From NCBI GenBank assembly GCA_044892525.1, contig CM097885.1, forward strand, positions 33,358,001 through 33,422,000: a stretch of 64,000 bases of DNA. The letters are read 5' to 3'. Within the stretch, counting starts at the first letter, position 1, and every line of letters begins with the position of its first letter. The notes below the pieces were generated by a model. The model saw only the letters and a list, made by a program, of their open reading frames with translations. It made no database searches and was not told where the DNA came from. The stretch is from Schmidtea polychroa (lineage: Eukaryota). Shown here piece after piece: positions 8,920-23,762 of this stretch. Position numbers and translations under genes: made by a program.

Positions 8920-10315
8920 TCCAACCATGTCTACTCACGACGGCTTGTCTCATTTGAGCAACAATACTTTTGGGGATCTCTTGATTTTTCAAATCTTTAC
9001 GGGTCCATCCCTCTCACTGGAGAGAACAACGTTTTAACAGTTACAGCTTCTTTCTTCGAAACCTTCAAACCAGAAACTGTTTTTGCAGACTTATCTGAAC
9101 AAGATTTCATAGAAATTGTCAAACTAGCCATAAACTCAGATACTGTATTAATTAAAGGAAAACCGTTCAAACAAATTCATGGTCTAGCTATGGGTAACAA
9201 TCTTTCGCCGATTTTAGCCATTTTCTACATGCATCATGTAGAATCAAATATTAGATCATTTTTTGGTGATAAAATCCTGATGCGGAAAAGATACATTGAT
9301 GACATTTTCATAGTCTCCACGGTTCCTCTCAATATAATCTTGGCACATGCAAACTCCACTAACACTAATATACAATTCACTCTTGAACTACCTGATCCAG
9401 AAGGCAAGATTGCTTTTTAGATACCATAATAAGTACTTCTGATGGTCCAAACACGCTCACATTCAAGACAGATTTATTCACTAAAAAGTCTACACAGTGG
9501 GCACATTCTTCCTTGGGAAAGTCATGTTCCACTCCAACGAAAAATCGCTCTATTAGTAGGAGAGAGAAAAAGAGCAATACGGAACTATTCGGACAAAACG
9601 AGAAAACAAGAAACCCTGGAAAACTTTAAAACATGGCTTTTACAAAATGGATATTCAAAGGAGTTCGTAGAAAAATAATTCTTGAGTGAATATATCTCTA
9701 ATAGGCATAATACACAAAAGGAACATGTCAATAAGCCAGTAACATACCTACACTTCCCTTTTTTAAACAATAGGACATGTAATACAATCAGAGCTTACAT
9801 TCGCAATATGAAGTTGGCAGTTCATATTCGCCCAATTTTTATAACTGCTGCACCTTTGAAATCACAGCTTTGTAAGTCTCAAAAATCTCTAACATCAGAC
9901 CTATTTCATCGAGATTGTATATGCCAATCCTCCACCAAATGTTTCTGCTTCTCAAAGAACATCGTTTACCAAATTACTTGCACAAGATGTGACGAATCTT
10001 ACATAAGAGAAACACTTAGAACGTTCCTAACAAGACTCAACGAACACTTCAAGAGCAATACCAGCAATTATCACGAACACTGAGGAAAAAAGTGCACAAA
10101 TCAGAACCACTCTTACACGAAACAAAATGCAAAATGTTACAAGATGCGTTCAAAATTCATTGCAAAGATTAGCCGCGGAGACTCTTTATATCAAAAAATT
10201 TAAACCGTCCATCAACATTCAACTAAATTAATACTTAAATTAATATTTAATTAAATTTAAAATTTAAAATTAAAAAAATATTTAAAAAATATAAAAAACG
10301 TTTTTTTATAAAATG
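8920..10315 (+). mobile_element. Penelope-like retroelement, 5'-truncated RT + GIY-YIG endonuclease, frameshifted
   Basis: SLDFSNLYGSIPL, GLAMGNNLSPILA, KRYIDDIF, IQFTLELP, LLQNGYSKEFV, and GIY-YIG NIVYQITCTRCDESYIRETLRTFLTRLNEH. Confidence 0.9.
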
Positions 10316-11580
10316 AAATATTCTGGTGGGTCCCATATTTATTATTTCAACAAAAATGCTCAAATTAATAGTCATGAGTTTTTATCGGTAGCTCTTGGTG
10401 TGTTGTTCACCGGGAAGTTAAAGAGATGTTTGGTTTGCTTTGCGACGACTGAGCCTTCAAATTTACGGTGATCGGTGTGATTTTTAATTACAAGAATGTT
10501 GAAGTTAACTTATCTACGATAATATTTACAAATTCAACCCTAACACCAAATGTTTTGACAGTAGTCGTTCCATACTCGTGGTGAAGTTTATCCCGTTCGG
10601 CTGCGATGGTAACTAGCAAATTTCTAATGGAATTACGCTTCAGTTCCTGCGGAGTTCCTTCGTCAGATGTGATTTTATGCTTCAAAAACTTTTCTCCGCC
10701 TTGATTTTCCAGTCGAGATCAATATAGAATAATATAGTTTAAAATTTGAATTTAGGTTTGTCGACTGAGAGCTTTAAAGCTGATAACAATCTCTATTATG
10801 TATTAAAACCTTTAGAATCACAACCGAACTAAAAAGCTCGACGTGATTCCCAATTTTCTATTTAAATTAACCTTGCCGGTTGACGTTCCGAGGTTACTCG
10901 TTTTACTTATTACAAGCATTGGACGGACACGCGTAAGCTTTCCAATTGTAGACACTTGGGTGTTAGGGTATTCCTCGTTCACACTGGACATAAGAAGTTA
11001 TTGCTGAACGGTGCAGTAGAACTGCCTCGCGCTTCGTAAATCAATGCATATTTTCGTTTACAGAATACTTGCTACAAATCCAGCCTTTGTCATGCAATTG
11101 ACTTTCATCAAAATTTCAATTTATTTGCTAATAAACCTTTCAAATAAAAATTTATGCCATATTGTTTGAGGGACTTAAGTGGGTACCTGGTAAATATTAA
11201 ATTAAAATTATTGAAATTTGTAAGGAAATAATTATTAATGATTTAACATTATTGCAAAATCGTCATGTTGTTTTATTAATTGTGTCCTACATATATTTTA
11301 TATTATAATAAATTTATAATAATTCAATGAATTCAATGGAAAAAATAATCAGTGGTGAAATCGTCATATTCTTATCGGAGTATTTATAGTTAATTAAAAC
11401 AATATTACAAACAAAAAAAATCAAATTACCAAATGTAAAAACAATAATATTTTAACAATAAAACTGTAGAGATCTATCAAGCAACACAATAATTTCAAAA
11501 ACAGGAAAAGAAATATGAAATGAATAATGAATTACGAAAAAAAATTGAATTATTCAAAATAATGATTTGAATTAAAAACA

Positions 11581-12572
11581 TGTTTTGAGGTTGTTAAAGT
11601 AAATTATTAAATTATATCAAATTGAATAGTTCCGAATAAAAAGAAAACAAAAATTGAACGAAAAAGAATGGCGGTCAAGCAGAGAAGTAATGGCAAAGAA
11701 AGATATGATAAAAACAGAACTATAAAAGCGTACAATCAGGCACGAAATGGAAAAATGCGCAAACCTGAGGAAGTGGAATAAAGTGAAATCTTATCGAAAT
11801 TGAAGCTGGAAAATAGGAGAGGGGTAGATTAGGGAATGGTTAAGAAGACAGTGAGCAAGAAATTATTAGAAAAGGTTTGGAAAGGGTCGAAGAACAGGCA
11901 AATATGGTAAAACACAAACTATTAATTAATTAATTAATTGGCTAATGGAAAACCCGAGCTAATGGGAAATCCGAGCCAATGGAGAACCCGAGCGATGACG
12001 AAAACACGAGCGCAGCAATTTGGGAGAATAAACAAGCTGGAAATTTAGAGGGCAATTATCCAAACAGTCGGATAAACGAGGGTAAACAATAGAAGGGGAA
12101 TTACTAAAAGGGTCAACAGAAATAACTAATTAGAGAACGATAACTAAGGAAGTAAAAACCAATTAGGTCAAAAACAGAGCAATTAAAACGATTATTGGAG
12201 TATATAAGGAAACTCCAAATTCAGATAATCGGCTAGTTTCTCGGGTAGGGAAAAAGAAACTGACAATAGGAGTTTGAGGAACAAAGCTAAGAACTGAAAG
12301 GCAATTATAAGAGGAACTGAAGAGTTCGAAAAAGAAATATTAAAGGAGTTCGGATCATAGAGTGGAATCAAATAAAACGGTGAAACCTATTTCGAGATTG
12401 TCCAGGGCGAAGTTTGATCAGAAATTGTGGTTAACTAAAAGTTGTAATTATTAATTGAGAATTGTAAATTTGCTATAAAACAAATATACGTTGGGAGTTG
12501 TGTTTACCAATTTAGGGACACGTGGAATCAGAGTAACCAACAATCGACTTTTTATTATCATAAAACCCAACA
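11581..12572 (+). mobile_element. Solo LTR of a family related to the 389-1448 LTR (left boundary approximate)
   Basis: Shares the (TAAT)n-GGCTAAT..AACCCGAG..CCAATGGAGAACCCGAG block, GAGTATATAAGGAAA, AATATACGTTGGG and the ACCCAACA end. No PBS follows and no TSD was found. Confidence 0.7.
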
Positions 12573-13300
12573 CGCGTAAAAATGAATATATTTCAGAGGG
12601 AGAGTTTAATAGAAACAAATTTTAATATAAAACAAATATGTATTCAACCATGTAGTGGGGTCTTTAGGAGGCGTCAAAGTTCAAACTTAATATTTAAATA
12701 TGAACGACCTGATTGCATTGGAATTTCTTAAATTTAAGAATATTTTCTTGTAATTAAACATGTTTGAATATTTTGAATTTATCTAATTAATTAATTTCAA
12801 TTTCAATAGACACGATTTTTTATTGAAATAAAATATCAAACTAAATTTTTTCAATTTATTAAGTACCCGTCGAACGGTTAAATATTTTATAGTCACTCTT
12901 TTTGGTTTATTACTGGCGAAAATTTTGTTTATTAAAAATGGGGCATAGTTGATTAAAAATTAATTATTTATATTCCATCGGAACATATGATATTGAAGCC
13001 ATATTTTGATGAAATATTTTTATTTCAATTGGGTAATAAACAAATGTAATTAAAAGGTTTCTAAAAGTTACATTGTGAAAATATAAAATAATATTGACTA
13101 TTTATTAAATGAATAAAAAAATAGAATTAAATGTGCAGTGTAAATTTATTTCTCTGGTCTAATTAAAGACCTATAATAAAAACGTTATTGACCATAAAAT
13201 TATTTTCAACAGAAAGGTATATTCATGTGTTGTCTATAAATTTAAATTTGTAAATTTTTTGCTAATCTCAAAGTAACTGAGATTTAATAAAAATACTTAA

Positions 13301-13598
13301 CCCTATCGCGGACACGTCGGCATAAGCCGACACTACGAATTGCTTAAATTGGGACACGTCAGCATATGTCGACATAAAAAATATCGTACATAAGCACGTC
13401 GGACATTGCATTGGTTTTATATGTAGGAGCATATTTTGTGCCCTTACAGAATCAATCAGATTTGAGCTAGTGACCTAATTAGATTTTTTTGTACTCTTAT
13501 ATAGTCATAATCCGAATTTAAATATCTGCATTAAACCCCAAATAATTACTTGTGTCACTTTGCGAACATTTTCTAAATTTTATGTGTCCGCGAAAAGG
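13301..13598. mobile_element. piggyBac-type MITE
   Basis: TTAA|CCCTATCGCGGACAC ... GTGTCCGCGAAAAGG|TTAA. Confidence 0.85.
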
Positions 13599-13990
13599 TT
13601 AATATAATATTAAAAATATTGGAAAGAAAAATCATTAATTTTTTATTACTGAAACATGGACATCAATATCATTATGTTGCAATAACTAATATAAATAGCC
13701 AATGAACTGTCACGAAAACCAGTCTTGTAATAATAGGATTTAATCTTTATGGTGTGAACAATGTTTAAATGGATTTAAACATTTAAAGGAATTATAGTTA
13801 TAATAGAATCATGATAATTTGGTTATCATTTAACCAATTAGGACGCATATGTATGTTCTAATTTAGTGAGAAATTTATTATTATTGGGCGTTATATATCT
13901 TTGTGAGAAATACATAGTCATATAGGATAACATTTTAAAATAATATATGAATGTTTGAGTAACTTTTTCCAAATTCTTTAATAAGACATG

Positions 13991-14262
13991 TGTTTCGACC
14001 AGTCAGAGGGAGGAATGACTTCTCCCTCTGACTGACTGTATGTATTCAAGAAAGGTGTACGGTGAAGCAGATTATATCATAGAAAGATGGGTATGTGAGG
14101 GTTATATGAAATTGAAAAAGGAAACGAGTTATTGAGACCAATAACTAAGGTTTGCCCCATAGGGTTAAATTGGGTTGTTGGTCCGCTGGAAGAAATCAAG
14201 GAGAGGGGAATGTTTCGACCAGTTAGAGGGGGAAATAACTTCTCCCTCTGACTGGCTGTATG
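13991..14262. repeat. Pair of ~52-bp direct repeats, each a GC-rich hairpin
   Basis: TGTTTCGACCAGT(C/T)AGAGGG..AA..ACTTCTCCCTCTGACTG at 13991 and 14211. Confidence 0.8.
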
Positions 14263-15747
14263 AATTTGACCTCACGTTTGTGTGCGATTGTGATGGTTAT
14301 TGTGTCAAGCACACCGACGCGGACGGGATCATTTTTTGTCGTTTTTATCGCGTCTGTGTGCGCCGGTTATTAAAATTGTTTTTCAAATAGTAAAGCTTTA
14401 TGATAATTAATTTATAAAATAATTTATTTCTATATACAAATGATATTTTTCAATAATTACATCATAAATAATAAAACAAATTATTATATGCCCACAAGGT
14501 AGATACTTTGTTAATTGATCACGAAAGAAACTCTCTTTCATCCAATACAAGATTGAATTTTATCCACATTAGCCATGAAAGAATAAATAATATTTAACAA
14601 GTCTGAAATTCATGCATGAAGTAGTCAGCATTTTGTAGGATTAATATCATTTAGAATTATTAGAAAACTCAATAATTTTATCGCGATATATTTAATCCAA
14701 AATATGTCTTTTTATATATTGCAATTTTGTGTTTATATTTTGATATTTGTATTTAAATAATAAAAATTATAATTAATATCACAAATTTTTATTAACTTCT
14801 AACATTGTAAGAATGTCTCTCATATATCGAAAGTTTTATTTCTTTACATTCAAAATTAAAGATTTCAATACAATGAATTTACAACTTCCGGGTTATGTTT
14901 ATGATATAAATTGTTTCTAAATGTAAAAAGTTATTATTTGTGTGTTATACAAAAGGTCAAATTCGAGATTCTACAATTAATATTTATCAATAAACTTGAA
15001 CACTTATATAAAAATACTAGGAATTTTAGGAATCCTCAGCAGGGAGGATGGTTTGATTCAGCGGTGTTCAGTCCATCTACTGTCAATGCCTTTGACTTAC
15101 CAAGTCGTGATATTTGAAAATATTAATGAAATACATTTTATTTCTTATAACTTTTTGTTTTAATTTAAAGAAAAATAATTTAAACAATTTAATTAAAAAA
15201 CAATTATTTAAACTACCTTTTTGATAATTTCCATAGAAACGACTCGTTGACGGAAAACAGGTTTTCTCAGATTGAAAAGTTTTGGTTTTGTAATTACAAT
15301 TACGTTATACATATTGAAATTAAAAAAAAACGAATTTCAGAGTAAATTTGATATTTATTTTTCAAACCATTAAAGTTTTCTTTTGTTTTCGTCAAATCTA
15401 ATTGATATTGCAGGCAATTTAATTGACTATCTACTCTACAATTCTTTAAAAGGTGCCATATTTTACCATATTTCCAGTTGGAATTATGACAGAATAATCC
15501 CACGAAATGTTAATTTATTAAACATAAATTTATTCTTGAAATATATTTGTTTACCTTAGGCAATAACAAAAATATAAGTAATTATAGAATTTTAAAATAT
15601 TTTCAAAATAGATTTTAATAAATATAGTATTAAAAAGTAATAACTTTTAATTATTAATTATTAATTATTAGTTTTTTAGGATCTCTGGAAGTGAAAATGT
15701 AAAGACATTGACACATAATAAATTGACACAATAATAAAAGAATGTGC

Positions 15748-16147
15748 TAGGGGATAACCGAAATCCGATCCAGAATCCAGACCGCACCGGATAGTGATCT
15801 CAACTAACTATTCAAAATCGACTCCACCGCGGACTACCGATTCGAATACCAGAAAGTATCGTGTCAATTTGTACTATTAAATAGAGTTATAATTATTTAA
15901 AATTAAATATATAAATATATAAATTAAATATATAAATATATAAATTAAATATATAAATATTATAATTAAAAATATAAAGAGTTATATATTTATTATTAAT
16001 TATCTTCAAAGTGATTTTCAAAAAATTAGAAACATATAAGCAAGTAAAGTGTCTTGATTACCAACTATTTGGACCGTATCCGGAATCAGAAACATCAGAA
16101 TTTAGAAATACGGAATCAACAGAAAAATCAAATTTGGTTGTTCCATA
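15748..16147. mobile_element. Degenerate hAT-type MITE
   Basis: TAGGGGATAACCGAA / TTTGGTTGTTCCATA imperfect TIRs. Imperfect 8-bp TSD GAATGTGC/GAAAATGC. Subterminal ATCCG/CGGA motifs. Confidence 0.55.
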
Positions 16148-16746
16148 GAAAATGCTATAAATATTGGTGTAAATAGTTAGACATTGCAACTTTGGTAAAA
16201 GGATTAAAAGAGACACAAATCTTTAAGAAATCTTTAAGGAATCGAAATAAAATTATTAAAATCTTTAAAAATATTTCTACAATAGGTCTTTGTAAATAAA
16301 TAGTATTTTCTAGCTTTAATTTGTTGTTATTGCCATTTTGAGTGCATTGTTTACCGAAACTATTAATAAATACAAAATATGTCAATCAGAACAATCTAAA
16401 CAAAATATTGTAAATATTAAAAATCGGTTTACGTGTAGACACAAAATAATTAAAAATAATTTCATATTGTTCTGTCAATAAAAAATAAAAATAATATGGA
16501 AATTTAAGATTAAATAAAATATAAATATAATATTATAACTTTCATGAAATATTTAATTTTTATTAATAATGGTTCTTTTACAACCATTAATAATTTTTTC
16601 CAGTAATCTTTTAATACTACTTCCGGATTACATCATATTTTAAAACGGAGTGTCAAAGATCTATTTCTAATTGATGCTGGATAAATATGTTGAATATATA
16701 TGCAATAGAATTCAGTGAGGAACCCTTAATTTATCTTAATTCGATT

Positions 16747-17466
16747 CAGAGCCGTAGCTAGGGAAAATGGCGCCCGGGGCGAGATTGAAATTTTGCGCCC
16801 CTGGCGCCAAAAGAATCCACCACTCCCATTAATTATGTACTTACAGAAATGGAATTGGTTTTGAAGAATCAAATTAAGATGCAAAGCTATACAATGCTCA
16901 ACCAAACTTATATTATAACGAAAACCAATTAATTATAAATATTTATTATACATGTGTATATACATTAATATTGAAAATATATTTACTCCGTATTTATTAA
17001 ACCTAAGTTCAGAGTTTTGATTATTAAGTTCCTATTAAGGTTACTATTATAATAGATTTGAAAAGATCAAGTGATCAACTTTAACATTTAACATTGAATT
17101 CTAAATAAAAGACATTAAAGATAAATTAAATTAAAGATTATTATCAATTGTCCTTCCTTCTTTCAAACGATTTTCAAGATCTTTCCAGGCTATCTAGCAT
17201 TTTCTATGCTCAAAACTGTTTTCATGATCAGCCACCTTCGGATTTAGTCGTCCATTTGCAAAAACCTTTAGATAGACCAGCAAAACAGTTTTGTTTTAGT
17301 TTAACTTTTGAAAACAGTATACATGGAAAGCAGAATATAAAAATTTAATATGAAAAAAAGAAAGAAAAGCAAAAAAAATTTAAATGATCATTTCACAGTT
17401 TTGGCGCTCTTCGACTCGGCGCCCGGTGCTATCGCCCCATTTGCCACCCCCCTAGCTACGGCTCTG
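16747..17466. mobile_element. Non-autonomous hAT element
   Basis: TIRs CAGAGCCGTAGCTAGGG / CCCTAGCTACGGCTCTG. Perfect 8-bp TSD ATTCGATT. Confidence 0.92.
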
Positions 17467-19338
17467 ATTCGATTGTATTATTTGTCAATAATTGAATTTA
17501 AATGATTTAAATTTAGTTTATAATAACTTCATTACCGTAATAATGGACTTCCGTTTATCTAGAGGGGCATAAGATTCTTATAAATATATGTGGTAAAATC
17601 AATGCCATTTTTATTAAAATGTGATAAAAATATGTTTCTCCTTCAAACAAAACAAACATATTTTTCACCATATCTCCATGGAGATAAATATTAAAATTTT
17701 TGAATTCTGTTTACTTCTTATTATATTATAATGAGTTTATAATGTTTATATTTAAGTGCAAAATAGTGCTTAAGAGTGCAAACTATGCTTACATGTTGTA
17801 TTGTTGAAACTTAATGTCACCATAAAAAACATCAAAACAAATTTGGTTTTTTTGTTCACATTTTATTTTTTTATTTTAAATATTTCATTTATTTTTATAA
17901 TGGCAATAGATTATGACTTACGGAATAAAATTTTTAAACATTTTACATGGGAAAATAAATTTATAGTCATAATGAAAATAAACGAAATAAAATAATTAAT
18001 AAAATCAAACATACAATTAATGGAATTATAAAGAAATTCACAAAAAATTTTAATTCAAATTTCCTACGCAATTTGTTGTTTTAATAAGTCATTTATAATT
18101 GGATAGATCTTTTCTCGATGGTAATTGGCTGATTATTATAAAAATATATTCTTTTTACTTTGATCAATACTTAAAATAGTTTATCGGACTAAAAATAATT
18201 ATTTGTTTCTTGGATATATAATGGGAAATTAAAATGGAATTTAGTTTTAAAAATTCAAGTATTTTTATCTACTTTTTTTTATCTGTAATTAAAATTAAAA
18301 GATTAAATTTAAAATGAAAATTAATAAAAATTCAATTAAAATATAAACATTTAAATTTATCAATATCTAAATAATAACTTTTAAATTTAATTTTTATATT
18401 TAGATAAGATTCAATTCAATAAATCTATTCAATTGATAAATAAATTTGATTTTTAGATTTCTTTGGCCACATTTGTAAGTTCAAACATTTTTAATTATGA
18501 TTAAAATTTCATATTTAATAATTTTTAATCAAAAATATTTCTAATAATATCAAATTCAACAACGAACTAATATCAAATTTAATGAAATATTTTTTGGTGA
18601 ATAATTTATGTCTCTAACTTGAGTTTTTTTCATTTATTTTCCTACGAGAAAAGAAAATTTTATTGCTTTAAAAGGAATGTAAAATTTTCAATTAAATATT
18701 TTTTAAAAATATTTGCATAAAAGTAATAATGAAAAGCTTACAAAACTTGTACTTGATTGCAATGTCAAATAAACTCTATTTTTTAATGAAATACAAAAAT
18801 ACAGTAAGATCCCGCTTAACGTGGTAAATTATTTCTTGATTTGAATGTTTGAAAGAAGTATGGAAAAACGTTTGGCCGGAGATAAGCAAAGATTTTTACA
18901 TATTGCACAAATGATAAATTTTTATCTTTTTATTTTAGTTTAATATATCATAGTTTTATTTTGAGATTTAATACTTTGTTTATAATATTTTTGTCATTTG
19001 CTATAAGTTAATATCTAAAGGACTAAAAAAGATTTGGCACCAAATAGGTGAATTTAAGATTACTTATTTATTAATTAGACTTAGAATTATAATAATGTTT
19101 ATTGTTCATTTAATTTTTAAATTATTGATAATCTTATTTTTGATTTATTTTCATACATGACTTCCAATTTCTGATGTTTAATAAATTTATTTACGCACAA
19201 TTAAATTTTTTATTTTGTAAAATCTAATTCTTTCTTAATTTTTATATTATAGAGATTATAATTTCCAGTTTATTTACTTTATTTACTTTACAAAAATGAA
19301 ACAATGAATTAAATCCATAAATAAATATTTTAAAATTC

Positions 19339-19339
<1 letters not shown>

Positions 19340-19408
<69 letters not shown>

Positions 19409-19413
19409 TTAAT

Positions 19414-19475
<62 letters not shown>

Positions 19476-19481
19476 TAATAA
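19340..19481. repeat. (AAT)n microsatellite
   Basis: Seen directly. Confidence 0.95.
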
Positions 19482-22254
19482 TTCATTTTATAACATTTGT
19501 TTATTACAATACAAAATCTGGTCGTTATCATGTTTATTAAAACAACTTGAAGAAATTATCAATAATTAATTTTTATTTTAAGTAATAAATTTTCTCAATG
19601 CTTCGAATAGATTTAATTTAATACAACATATAAAACAATACATATAAAACAATATAAAAACATATAATAAATACAACATATAATAAGTTCGATATTTTAT
19701 AATTTTACTTTTTTCTTCTTCATTTTTAATGTTTTCATTCAGTGTTATATTTATATTCCTTTTCAAATTACAGAATAAATTAAACAAACATTAATCTGAA
19801 GGGAGTGAAAATAAACAAAACTTGTAATTGTTATGAATTTGAAAGTATATTTTTAAATCTTACTGTAACCAAATTAATTTCCTTTAAAATTTATTTATGA
19901 TAGATTTATATTTAAATGAAATAATTAACTACTTTTTACAATCTCAAAATAACCAAACTAATAATTTGATATTACATGGTATTACTATATAAAAAAACCT
20001 ACGTAAAAACTATGTAAAAATAATAATAATACGCTAAAATGTGAATCTAAAAAATATTAAAAAAAATATATTCATCATCTGTATTTATCGGTTCTGAAAA
20101 CTGAAAACAAAAGATAGATTCATTAACTAAATTATTAATTATTAATTATATTTCAGTTGAAAAGCCCGGGGGTTTTACACCACATAATTTTGGTTATGTT
20201 TAGTATTTTAAAATTATATGAAGTTTGAAACAATGAAATTCTTTGAAAAAATAAAAGGAACTAACGTTATAATCAATGTAAAATTATTTACAATTAAAAA
20301 TAGATATTTACATTTTGTTGATTATGTAAATTATTAAAATAAAATAATTATTAAAGTAAACATTGAGAAACAAGTTAAAAGTGTAAAAATATTATTATCG
20401 ATTATTAAGAAGTGGGCATGGTGAAATTTTCAAAAATAAGAGAAAATGACCATAAACTCAATAAAATTAATTAATTAATAAAAAAAGAAATTTACAAAAA
20501 GGTCAGTATTAAACAATCATTATAAACGTTAAATGAAAATAAAAACCAAATCTAAAATTAAAATATTATCAATACATATTTGGCAGCGATAAAATCAAGC
20601 TCTGTAAAACCACCAGAAATAAAACTAGCATAAATTGAAAATCGTGAGAAATACAGTTTATTGTGAAACATTACATAGAAATAATAATGAAAAAGTTTAA
20701 CTTTGTTACTGGCTATTTTTAATAATTATTTTAATAATTTTAACAACGGAAACAATCAGTCCTCGAAACAAAAATACGCGAATAAATGAAATATGTGCGT
20801 TAGTCATCATACAACACAGAAAAACAAAAATGTTAAAGAAGTTATATTAAATAGTGTTTTTATATAAAAAGAGTGCAAAGCTCAGAAAACTGGCAGTGGT
20901 TTTGGAAATGAATATAAATAAAAATAATAATTATTTAATTAAAAATGTATGTGCTGATTTGAAATATAAATCCAATTGGGTGAAAATTATTGATATTATT
21001 TGTAAAACTTTAGTTTCAAGATTATTATTAATTAATAATTGTTTTCTTAGTGAAACATTTTTAAATCAACATACAATGAGTAATTTATTTCTATTTAATC
21101 AATATCTTTTAGAAAAAACCTTTATCATGAAATCGACTATCGAAAACAGACTGAGGGATCGTTTGGGAGATTGTATTATATATTTAAATTGTTTTTACAC
21201 AAATATTGTGACAGAACTGTCATATAATATTATTGTTTCAAAATTTTCAAATGTGTTTACAAATAATATTAAGTGCAATTGCGTTATTCAATTACTAGCA
21301 GAATGATTATATTCCGCGTTCTAATTGCAAAGGCTTTGGCTACTTTTTACATGATACTGATAAAAGTCAAATAGGCTTTAAACTAGTTTGTCATTAGATA
21401 GTTTGGCATTAAATACCACATTAATAAAACAAAATTATTATTATTATTAATATTTGTTTTCATTGAATTATTTTTGTCTTTTAAATAAAATACTTTACAA
21501 ATTATTATTATACTAATATTTCAAAAAACAAATTTAACACTTCATGACATTTCAAGAATAATTAATTTTGGATTTGCAATGTTCTATATGAATCATAAAT
21601 AGAAACATTTTTCGTGACAAAAAACTATTTTCCTTATTATTATTATGTATTTTGATAATTATAATTATAATTATAAACAAATTGTGAATTTGATCAGATA
21701 AAATATTTATTTTAGATGTTTGACTTATCTTCATGAGTAAAATCGTCGTTCTCTTATCTTTAATATTGAAATGAAATAAAAAAGTTGAAATGATATTCAT
21801 CTTGCTATTTATTGTTACTAAAATATTGAAATAAATTATCTATCATATTTTAAATATTAATTTTAATTAGTAAAAAATAATAATCGGTCAATTACTGCTT
21901 CCTCTTGCTCTTTAATGAACAGTATAAATAACAAAATCACCAAATGTATATTGAAAAATGAAACAAATGTTTCCAAAAGCACTAAATTTTGTACAAAATA
22001 AATAAATCAATTTAATTTTCATCATAACCGAGATTTTTTATAATAATGTACTTTAAATATGATATAATAGTAACTTTTACCTTAAATGAATTGAAATATT
22101 GAAGTTAACCTTTTATTTATTGGCTTTCGTCTGAAACAATATCTATTATATATTCATTTATCTATTTAAACACTTCACTTATTTGACAATTTATTTTCAG
22201 CAAATCCGTCAGCTGTCATCTGGAAATAAATTTCTATCCTGATTTTATTCACTT

Positions 22255-22940
22255 AATATATATTAAACTACAATATATTTCAACAAACTTACATAACTAG
22301 TTTAAAGATTTATATAAACAGACTTACTGTCATCATCAGGTAGCATTTAAATTCTAATTATATCGAGTTAAATTGCGTTTTTTCAAACTAACTAATTTAT
22401 TAATTAATTTATTAGTTTATTAGTGGATTTCAAGTCGTACTTAGATTGTGTTCGGATTTTAGTTATGAATATTTATGTCAAAGATGCAATACCGCATACG
22501 TTGGAATGCCTACCCGTCATCTCCGTTCCCAAGGTCTCAATCAGAGTCCTGATCACTAAACCAGTACGGGGGTGCGAAGATAAGAAAAATAAAAAACTGG
22601 AATGGCTTAGTTTCGGCCGCTGGCTGAAGCTCGTCCCGTAAAAAGGACAAACCTGTCTCTTCGGAGCAGGTTTTTATTGAAATAAAATTTATTTAGATCG
22701 ACTGAATTGAATAATATTAGTAAACACAAAACATTATTAAGATATTATTAAATTTCAATTTTTGTAAATTTTAATTTAGAAAACAGAATTTATAGTCTTA
22801 TAGCAGAATATAATTTTAAAAGATTAATGAATTAGTTAGTTTGAAAAATAGCAATTTAAATCGAAATAGTTTGAATATCAATTCTATCTGATGATGACAG
22901 TAAGTCTCTCGAAATATATTGTAGTTTAATATTTATTAGA
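22255..22940. mobile_element. Inverted-repeat element with a degenerate hammerhead motif in each arm (probably Penelope pseudo-LTR derived)
   Basis: Arms ~22255-22410 and ~22820-22935 are reverse complements. Both contain CTGATGATGACAGTAAGTC...GAAATATATTGTAGTTTAATAT. Confidence 0.6.
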
Positions 22941-23705
22941 TTGGCGTTTTACTTATATTTAAATCAAGGCCAATATTTAGTGATTTTTATTAATTAATTA
23001 GCAGATTATATTTTAAGAAAATTTTACTTTATATATATTTCCATCAAGATCATATTTTTACCCCCAATCTCATCCATCACTGACCTATTTTCCAGATTCA
23101 AATTAAAAAAATTAAATATCCATTTATGAACATTTTGACGAATTTCACACTTAATTATGAACTTTTTCTTAATTCTACTTCATTTATCTTATATAATTTG
23201 ACAAATATTATTCAAAATATATATTTTTCCTGTTTCAATTTTGTTTAATTTTCATTTTATATATTTATTTAAATATCTTTCAGGGATTTTTATATGAAAA
23301 TCTTAAATTAATTTTCCTCAACATAAGAGTAGAAAATAAATATATTAAATTAATTCATAGTCATTCTAATAGAAAGAAAATTAGATTATTAATTTTTGAT
23401 TATAGTTGAAAATATATTATTGGAAAGATTAATTGTGAATTTTGTGACATAACATCTTCATGTCAATAACACAAGACCTTTAACATTTTTTAATTTAGAT
23501 TATTTTTGATATCTTTACTTTAAATTTTTTCTTTATTTATATGGTTTATTACAATTAACGCAATATATTATAATGTTGCACTTAATAATTCGAAAATTCT
23601 ATCGTTTAATAATTAAAATATTTATCATACAATAAATTAATAAATAATTAAAAATAATGGCTTTTACAATTTTAATGGTTAAATTGATAATTTTGATAAT
23701 TTAAA

Positions 23706-23762
<57 letters not shown>

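Noticed and set aside
10625..10675. Minus-strand hammerhead-like motif CTGACGA...GAAGCGTA
   Set aside because: GAAA is mutated and stems I/II pair poorly. At best a dead relic.
11581..12572. Cognate 3' LTR of the 389-6503 element
   Set aside because: Too divergent outside a few blocks, no PPT before it, and no TSD match. Treated as a related solo LTR.
20854..21306. 150-aa ORF
   Set aside because: AT-rich low-complexity translation, GTG start and no recognisable motif.
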